From the NCBI GenBank assembly GCA_965219445.1, contig CBDCNQ010000002.1:1-64000 (forward strand): a DNA stretch of 64,000 bases. The letters are read 5' to 3'. This DNA is from Longimicrobiales bacterium. GTDB taxonomy: Bacteria > Gemmatimonadota > Gemmatimonadetes > Longimicrobiales > Gaopeijiaceae. This document shows, one piece after another, positions 57,684 through 64,000 of the stretch (position 1 is its first letter; every line of letters begins with the position of its first letter). A program made the position numbers and the translations under genes. Under the pieces are notes generated by a model. That model was given only the letters and a program-made list of their open reading frames with translations, had not been told where the DNA came from and searched no databases.

Positions 57684-60600
57684 ATGCTAGGGCGCGTGAT
57701 CCGCTGGTCTATCGACAACCACTTTCTTGTGTTGGTCGGGGCTTCCATTCTCGTCGTGGCCGGAACCATCACCGCGGTAAGCATGCCTGTCGACGTCTTT
57801 CCCGACCTGACCGCGCCCACCGTCACGGTTCTGACCGAGGCCCACGGGATGGCGCCCGAAGAGGTTGAGACCCTCGTCACCTTCCCGGTGGAGACGGCCG
57901 TGAACGGTGCCACGGGCGTACGCCGGGTGCGTTCTGCTACGTCACAAGGCATCAGCATCGTTTGGGTGGAGTTCGACTGGGGAACGGACATTTTCCGAGC
58001 TCGTCAGATCGTGAACGAGAAGCTTCAGCTAGTCGCGTCGGGACTCCCTGAGGGCGTCGAAGCACCGGTCCTGGCTCCGATCTCATCGATCATGGGCGAG
58101 GTCATGCTCATCGCCGTAACGGGCGATGCTTCGACATCACCGATGGACATGCGTTCCGTTGCCGATTGGACGGTCCGTAGGCGCCTCCTGGCGGTCCCCG
58201 GAGTTGCGCAGGTCGTGCCCTTGGGGGGTGAGGTCAAGCAGTACCAGGTTTTGGTGGATCCGCCCCGGTTGGCCGCTTTTGGCGTGACGCTCCAGGACGT
58301 AGTGCTCGCGGCGGGGGGCTCCAACGTAAACGCCTCGGGTGGCGTGTTCATGGAGCGGGGACAGGAATATCTGATCCGAGGGACGGGACGTGTCCAATAC
58401 GTCGACGACATTGCCGCTACCGTGGTCGCGGTGCGGGAGGGAACGCCCGTTACGATCGGCGACGTGGCCGATGTACGAATCGGGGCTGCTACCCGTCTCG
58501 GGGAGGGATCCGCCAACGCCAGTCGGGCCGTCATCCTCACTGTCCAGAAGCAGCCCGACACCAACACACTCGAACTCACCGAGAGCATCCTCCAGGAGCT
58601 GGCGGACATCGAGAGTGACCTTCCAGCCGGCATGGAGATCAACCGAGGCATTTTCCGCCAAGCGAGCTTCATCGAGACGGCGGTGGAGAATGTCATGGAA
58701 GCGCTCCGCGATGGAGCGATTTTGGTGGTGGTGATCCTCTTCATCTTCCTCTGGAGCTTTCGGACCACGCTCATCTCCGTGATCGCGATTCCCCTTTCGC
58801 TGATCACTGCGGTGTTGGTGCTGAAGATGTTGGATATCACGATCAACACGATGACTCTGGGCGGGATGGCGATCGCCATCGGGGCCCTCGTCGACGACGC
58901 GGTGATCGTCGTGGAGAATGTATTTCGGCGCTTGCGAGAGAATCATCAACAGCCGCCGGAGAATCGACGACCGGTCCATGACATCACCTTCGGAGCTTCG
59001 AAAGAGATTCTGGGGAGCATCGTCATCGCCACGTTGATCATCGGCGTGGTGTTCGTGCCGCTCCTCTTCTTATCCGGCGTAGAAGGCCGGATGCTCCGCC
59101 CGCTGGGACTCGCCTACATCGTCTCCATCATGGCCTCGCTGGTGGTGGCGCTCACTGTTACGCCCGCGCTCTCCGCATACCTGTTGCCGAGTTCCAGAGC
59201 CATGGACACGGACGAAGAAAGCCGGACTGTCCGCGTGTTCAAGCGTGGGTACGCGACCGCCCTCAGAATCGTGCTGCGTCATCGCCGCTTTGTCATGATG
59301 GGCGCCGCAATCCTCACCGCCGCTTCGTTGATAGCGCTTCCATTCCTCGGCCGCTCGTTCCTACCCGAGTTCCAAGAGGGCTCGCTAGTGATCAGCGCGC
59401 TCACCGTGCCCGGCACGTCGCTCGATGAGTCCGACGCACTAGGGCGTAGGATCGAAGAGATCCTACTCACCCATCCCGCGGTGGCGGAAACCGCCCGACG
59501 CACGGGCAGGGCGGAACTCGACGAGCACGCACAAGGGGTCAACGCCGCCGAGATCGATGTGCGGCTGGAATTAAGCGGGTATGACTATGACACCGTGCTC
59601 GAAGCGTTGCGCGCGAATCTGGCGCTTGTCCCTGGAACTCAGATTACGATTGGCCAGCCCATCGGTCATCGCATCGACCATATGTTGTCGGGCACGAGGG
59701 CCAGCATCGCCATCAAGATTTTTGGGCCAGACCTATACGAATTACGGCATCTAGCGGCCGATATCGAGGCTTTGGCGCGGCAAGTCGAGGGAACCGTGGA
59801 TGTCGCCACGGAAGCGCAGGCGGATGTACCCCAAGTGCGGGTGGCCATGGAGCGGCGGGCAATGGCCCGTTACGGCGTGACGCCGAGACACTTGGCCGAA
59901 GCCATCGATGTCGCCTTCGCTGGAGAATCCGTCTCGCAGGTTCTGGAGGGCGAGCGTGCCTTCGATCTCGTCGTACGCTTTGCCCCCGAGTACCGGGGCA
60001 GTCTCGACGCGGTGCGCACCGCTCGGGTCAACACTCCTGTGGGCTCTCAAGTCTCACTCGGATCTCTCGCCGACGTCCGTCAGGATCTGGGCCCCAACGC
60101 CATCTCCCGAGAGGACGTGCAGAGGTTGATCGTTGTACAGTCGAACGTTGCCGGACGTGACGTGGGCAGCGTCGTAGATGATATCCAGGTGGCGATCGAC
60201 GCCGAGTTGGATCTCCCCCCCGGGTACTACATCGAGTACGGGGGCCAATTCGAATCCGCCAACGAAGCCACCCGAACGATCGGCCTGATGAGCCTGCTTT
60301 CATTGGCGGCAATTTTCCTGCTTCTTTTTGTCGAATTCGGGTCCGTTCGACAGGTTCTGCTCGTCATGGTGAACCTTCCCTTAGCGCTCGTCGGCGGAAT
60401 CTTGGCCGTGTGGCTCAGTAGTGGCGTACTGAACGTGGCCACGTTGGTCGGGTTCATTACCCTCTTCGGCATCGCGATGAGGAACGGAATCCTCATGGTG
60501 AGCCACTACAACCATTTGCTCGCGGAGGGTGTGGCCCTACGACCAGCGGTGGTCCAGGGGTCCATGGAACGGCTGAGCCCGATCATGATGACGGCTCTCA

Positions 60601-60770
60601 CGGCCGGATTGGCCTTGCTACCTCTTGCGCTATCGGGAGGGGAGCCCGGGAATGAAATCCAGAGCCCCATGGCTGTTGTGGTGCTCGGAGGAATCCTCAC
60701 CTCGCTCGCTCTGAACATGGTTGTCGTGCCGGTGTTGTTCCTCGAGTATGGCACGACCAACCGGGCATAG
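57684..60770 (+). CDS. Heavy-metal RND efflux permease (CzcA/CusA family)
   Basis: PVDVFPDL, AIGALVDDAVIVVEN, GVEGRMLRP, RAELDEHA, ERLSPIMMT. Confidence 0.93.
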   Translation: MLGRVIRWSIDNHFLVLVGASILVVAGTITAVSMPVDVFPDLTAPTVTVLTEAHGMAPEEVETLVTFPVETAVNGATGVRRVRSATSQGISIVWVEFDWGTDIFRARQIVNEKLQLVASGLPEGVEAPVLAPISSIMGEVMLIAVTGDASTSPMDMRSVADWTVRRRLLAVPGVAQVVPLGGEVKQYQVLVDPPRLAAFGVTLQDVVLAAGGSNVNASGGVFMERGQEYLIRGTGRVQYVDDIAATVVAVREGTPVTIGDVADVRIGAATRLGEGSANASRAVILTVQKQPDTNTLELTESILQELADIESDLPAGMEINRGIFRQASFIETAVENVMEALRDGAILVVVILFIFLWSFRTTLISVIAIPLSLITAVLVLKMLDITINTMTLGGMAIAIGALVDDAVIVVENVFRRLRENHQQPPENRRPVHDITFGASKEILGSIVIATLIIGVVFVPLLFLSGVEGRMLRPLGLAYIVSIMASLVVALTVTPALSAYLLPSSRAMDTDEESRTVRVFKRGYATALRIVLRHRRFVMMGAAILTAASLIALPFLGRSFLPEFQEGSLVISALTVPGTSLDESDALGRRIEEILLTHPAVAETARRTGRAELDEHAQGVNAAEIDVRLELSGYDYDTVLEALRANLALVPGTQITIGQPIGHRIDHMLSGTRASIAIKIFGPDLYELRHLAADIEALARQVEGTVDVATEAQADVPQVRVAMERRAMARYGVTPRHLAEAIDVAFAGESVSQVLEGERAFDLVVRFAPEYRGSLDAVRTARVNTPVGSQVSLGSLADVRQDLGPNAISREDVQRLIVVQSNVAGRDVGSVVDDIQVAIDAELDLPPGYYIEYGGQFESANEATRTIGLMSLLSLAAIFLLLFVEFGSVRQVLLVMVNLPLALVGGILAVWLSSGVLNVATLVGFITLFGIAMRNGILMVSHYNHLLAEGVALRPAVVQGSMERLSPIMMTALTAGLALLPLALSGGEPGNEIQSPMAVVVLGGILTSLALNMVVVPVLFLEYGTTNRA

Positions 60771-61107
60771 CGACGATGATGCGTACGACGTGACCGAGAA
60801 GTACGGCCAGGCCCAGAAGCTCCACATCACGTTCACCATCTCGGGTGAGTTGGCTGCAGGACCTCGCATGAACGAGCGGTCCAGGTGGCATGAGTCGGTA
60901 TCTCCCTTCGAGGTGATCCCATGTACGCCCGAGGTTTCCTGGCGCTACGGCCGCCTGTATCGATACCTGAGAGATAACGGCCTGCTTATCGACGCGAACG
61001 ACCTCTGGATCGCCGCGACCGCTCTAGTATTTGAAATGCCAGTAGTTACACGGAATGAAAGACACTTCGCGCGCGTGCCAGAGCTGAACGTGATCGGTTA
61101 TCGGTGA
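60771..61107 (+). pseudogene. vapC: N-terminally truncated VapC/PIN toxin
   Basis: GEL, IDANDLWIAATA, VTRNERHFARVPEL present; first PIN strand (DT motif) and antitoxin absent. Confidence 0.75.
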
Positions 61108-61299
61108 GGGGAATTCAATCAGGGGGACAGGACGAGGGCGGCTGCGAGAAGGTGTCGAGCCTTGAGTCCGGATCGAATGGACCGATATTGTGTAGGATGC
61201 GGCGAGTTCGATGTCCGGGGCGGGAGAGCCCCGAGCAGCCAATCACGGCCTGGCTGGACGGCTCGACGATGGCCAAGGCCCACGAGCGACGCGTACGAG

Positions 61300-62379
61300 A
61301 TGCTTGAATACACCCCCGAGGTCGCGCGCAAAACCGCGGATCTTCAGGAACGGGTCAAGGATTTCATCCCCGCGGTTGAGTGGCCGGTGGTGGCGCCGCT
61401 GATCCATGCGATCAACGAGCTCAAGAAAGCCAAGAACGCGGTTATTCTCGCCCATAACTATCAAACCCCCGATATCTACCACTGCGTCGCCGACTTCGTT
61501 GGGGATTCCCTTCAGTTGGCAATCCAGGCCGGCAAGACGGACGCAGACATCATCGTGCAGGCCGGCGTCCACTTCATGGCCGAGACTTCGAAACTTTTGT
61601 CGCCTGATAAGACCGTGCTGATACCGAGTCTCGAGGCCGGATGCTCGTTGGCCTCTTCGATCACCGGAGAAGACGTGCGCCGAATGAAGCAGAAATATCC
61701 GGGCGTACCGGTCGTGACGTATGTGAATACGTCGGCGGATGTGAAGGCGGAGTCGGACATCTGTTGTACGTCGTCCAACGCCGTCAGCGTGGTGGAGGCG
61801 ATGGGCGTTGATCGCGTCATGCTTCTTCCGGACGAATACCTCGCCAAGAATGTCGCTGCGCTCACCGATGTCGAGGTGATCGCCTGGGGTGGGCTGTGCG
61901 AGGTCCACGAGCGCTTTACCGCCGAGGAGATCCAACAATATCGTGGAAGTACCCCCGGCCTGGTGGTGCTGGCGCACCCGGAGTGCTCTCCGGACGTCCT
62001 CGCAGATGTCGACTTCGCCGGGTCTACGGCGTCGATGATTCGCTACGTGAAGGAGAAGCGGCCGGCCCGGGTCTTGATGGTCACAGAATGTTCGATGAGC
62101 GACAACGTCGCGGCCGAGACTCCGGACGTCGACTTCATTCGGCCGTGTAACCTGTGCCCCCATATGAAGAGCATCACGCTTCAGAACATCCTCGAAAGCC
62201 TTCAGGAAATGAAGCACGAGGTCACCATTCCCAATGATGTGGTCGAAGGCGCTCGCCGAGCGGTTCAGCGCATGGTGGACCTGGGGGCCGAGAGTCGCGA
62301 CTTCGTCGATGGTGTGGAAGCTGCGGTAACCGTGGAAAACCGGGTTTCTCTCGGTCCGGTGGCTGGGGTGTCCGGATAG
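61300..62379 (+). CDS. nadA: Quinolinate synthase
   Basis: [40 protein letters not shown]. Confidence 0.96.
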   Translation: MLEYTPEVARKTADLQERVKDFIPAVEWPVVAPLIHAINELKKAKNAVILAHNYQTPDIYHCVADFVGDSLQLAIQAGKTDADIIVQAGVHFMAETSKLLSPDKTVLIPSLEAGCSLASSITGEDVRRMKQKYPGVPVVTYVNTSADVKAESDICCTSSNAVSVVEAMGVDRVMLLPDEYLAKNVAALTDVEVIAWGGLCEVHERFTAEEIQQYRGSTPGLVVLAHPECSPDVLADVDFAGSTASMIRYVKEKRPARVLMVTECSMSDNVAAETPDVDFIRPCNLCPHMKSITLQNILESLQEMKHEVTIPNDVVEGARRAVQRMVDLGAESRDFVDGVEAAVTVENRVSLGPVAGVSG

Positions 62380-62384
62380 TTTCT

Positions 62385-63263
62385 GTGTCGATCCACGGCG
62401 TGAAAGACATTTCCGACCTCCCCGAAGCCCTCATCGAACCGGTTGTGCGACGTGCCCTCGACGAGGATCTCGGGGCCGGCGGGGACGTCACATCTCGAGC
62501 GGTGATCTCGCCGGATGCGACGGCGCGTGCCCATGTCGTCGCACGGGAGGCTGGCGTTCTGGCGGGGGTACCGCCCGCATCCCTGACCTTCAGGTTGGTC
62601 GATCCAACAGTGGAGCTTCACTTTGAGGCAGACGAGGGCGCTTCCATCGAGGCTGGCAGGGTCGTGGCCACCGTGGAGGGGCCGACTCGATCGATCCTTG
62701 CTGCGGAACGGACGGCTCTCAATTTCCTGGGCCACCTCTCCGGTGTTGCCACGGCGACGGCAACGCTTGTGGCCCAGGTGGCCGGCACCGACGCGAGGAT
62801 CTGCTGTACGCGGAAGACTACACCGGGACTCCGCTCCCTCGAGAAGCAGGCGGTTCGAGCGGGGGGTGGCGCGAATCACAGATACGGGCTCGGCGACGCA
62901 GTCCTCATCAAGGACAACCATGTGGCCGCGGCCGGGGGAGTGGCAGCCGCGATCGGCGCGGCGCAGGGGCAGAGTGGACCGGCCACCACGATCGAAATCG
63001 AAGTCGATACGCTGGATCAGCTAAGCGAGGCCCTCGAGGTGGGCGTCACGGCCCTCCTTTTGGACAACATGGCCCCGCCGGATCTGCGTCGGGCGGTTGA
63101 GATGACCGCTGGGCGGGCGGTGCTCGAGGCGTCCGGTCGGGTGACGGCCGAGACGGTCCGCTCCATCGCGGAGACTGGCGTCGACTACATCTCCAGCGGC
63201 TGGATCACCCACTCGGCGCCAATGCTCGACTTCGGCTTGGACTTCGTATCCCATCCATCGTGA
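62385..63263 (+). CDS. nadC: Quinolinate phosphoribosyltransferase
   Basis: EDLG..GDVTS, ERTALN, TRKTTPGLR, LIKDNH, LLDNM, EASG. Confidence 0.96.
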   Translation: MSIHGVKDISDLPEALIEPVVRRALDEDLGAGGDVTSRAVISPDATARAHVVAREAGVLAGVPPASLTFRLVDPTVELHFEADEGASIEAGRVVATVEGPTRSILAAERTALNFLGHLSGVATATATLVAQVAGTDARICCTRKTTPGLRSLEKQAVRAGGGANHRYGLGDAVLIKDNHVAAAGGVAAAIGAAQGQSGPATTIEIEVDTLDQLSEALEVGVTALLLDNMAPPDLRRAVEMTAGRAVLEASGRVTAETVRSIAETGVDYISSGWITHSAPMLDFGLDFVSHPS

Positions 63264-64000
63264 GAGTGCCGATCCCACCCTCCATAGCGGGACATCGTAA
63301 GCTGGCCTTCCGGGCTTCCTTGGTGGCGACGCTCGTGATGCTGGGCACGTGGCCTGAAACCGCGAGAGCCCAAGTACGGGACTCGCTCCGTTCAGATACG
63401 CTCGCGAACTATCCGAGCAGCTTCCGACTGGACGGGATTCAGGTTGTGGCCGGTCGCCGTCTCACGTCCACCGGCGGCGTGGGAGTGGTGGAAATGCGTC
63501 TGGATTCCCTGGGCTCCGTGCCGATCCCAACGCTGGAACAGGTTTTGCGCGAAATGCCGCTGGTGCGCGTGCGGGAAAACTCGAGGGGGGAGGCGCAGCC
63601 GAGTCTGCGGGGCGCGACCGACCGGCATATCGCGGTACTCGTGGACGGCGTCCCCCTTACCCTAGGTTGGGACCATCGGACGGACCTCGCCATCATTCCA
63701 CTGACGGCCGCCCGGTCTATTCGTATGCTGAGAGGGCTCTCGTCGGTCCTCTATGGTCCCAACGTTCTGGCCGGCGTGGTGTCGATCGACGTGGCGCGTG
63801 GCGTTGAACGCTTGGAGACGCCCCCGCCGGCCACCTTTGGTACGGCACTTCACGACAGCGGAGGTCTGATCCTCGGAGGGACCGTTGCCCGCTCGTTCGA
63901 GTCCGGGGGAGGGCAGTGGCTGGTGCAAGGCGGCGGTGGCTTCCGGGACCGGCCCGGCGTCTCGATTCCGGACGCCGACTCGGGGATCCCCGGGGACCCC
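63260..64000 (+). CDS. TonB-dependent receptor, N-terminal part (runs off window)
   Basis: Manual translation: signal peptide, RENSRGEAQPSLRG, VLVDGVP, RGLSSVLYGPNVLAGVV; GTGA overlap with nadC stop; not in ORF track. Confidence 0.85.
   Translation, partial: MRVPIPPSIAGHRKLAFRASLVATLVMLGTWPETARAQVRDSLRSDTLANYPSSFRLDGIQVVAGRRLTSTGGVGVVEMRLDSLGSVPIPTLEQVLREMPLVRVRENSRGEAQPSLRGATDRHIAVLVDGVPLTLGWDHRTDLAIIPLTAARSIRMLRGLSSVLYGPNVLAGVVSIDVARGVERLETPPPATFGTALHDSGGLILGGTVARSFESGGGQWLVQGGGGFRDRPGVSIPDADSGIPGDP

Noticed and set aside
45283..61107. Intact prophage, ICE or defence island
   Set aside because: Integrase truncated; no structural, conjugation or recognisable defence genes

Overview
GC-rich bacterial chromosomal window, gene-dense, from a Gram-negative organism (TonB receptors, porins, TolC). 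The gene repertoire resembles Gemmatimonadota, which is inference only. In order: SRPBCC protein; tesA-ybbAP; a frameshifted PLP aminotransferase; OMP-VPS10-ProDH-MFS operon; TrkA-like protein; an Arn-like GT2/formyltransferase/WecE set; REC-GGDEF-EAL; a GT-C-like membrane protein; an ergothioneine locus (EgtUV-like ABC importer divergent from egtB-egtD, egtC, TonB receptor, TrxC); argGH; DAHP synthase; fbaB-rpiA-rpe; PIG-L protein; Hpt-REC-hybrid kinase relay; TIGR01777 protein; trmH; tRNA-Leu(TAA) followed by an integrase relic and an eroded accessory region (methyltransferase, gdhA, ilvA, OprO/P porin, two PQQ dehydrogenases, CzcCBA-like pump, VapC relic); nadA-nadC; a partial TonB receptor. 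The best leads are cis-regulatory elements that the ORF track misses or mis-starts. (1) A 22-aa leader MIHAHKHQAFYFTGWPPPGASG with terminator/antiterminator before DAHP synthase. (2) A His-rich signal-peptide leader ending in a double RAPP motif plus a terminator before the metal pump. (3) A structured leader with no peptide before argG. (4) A Pho-box-like repeat between the phosphate porin and a PQQ dehydrogenase. The ergothioneine synthesis-plus-import locus is also notable. Three single-base frameshifts may be sequencing errors. All calls come from reading motifs by eye; no searches were run.
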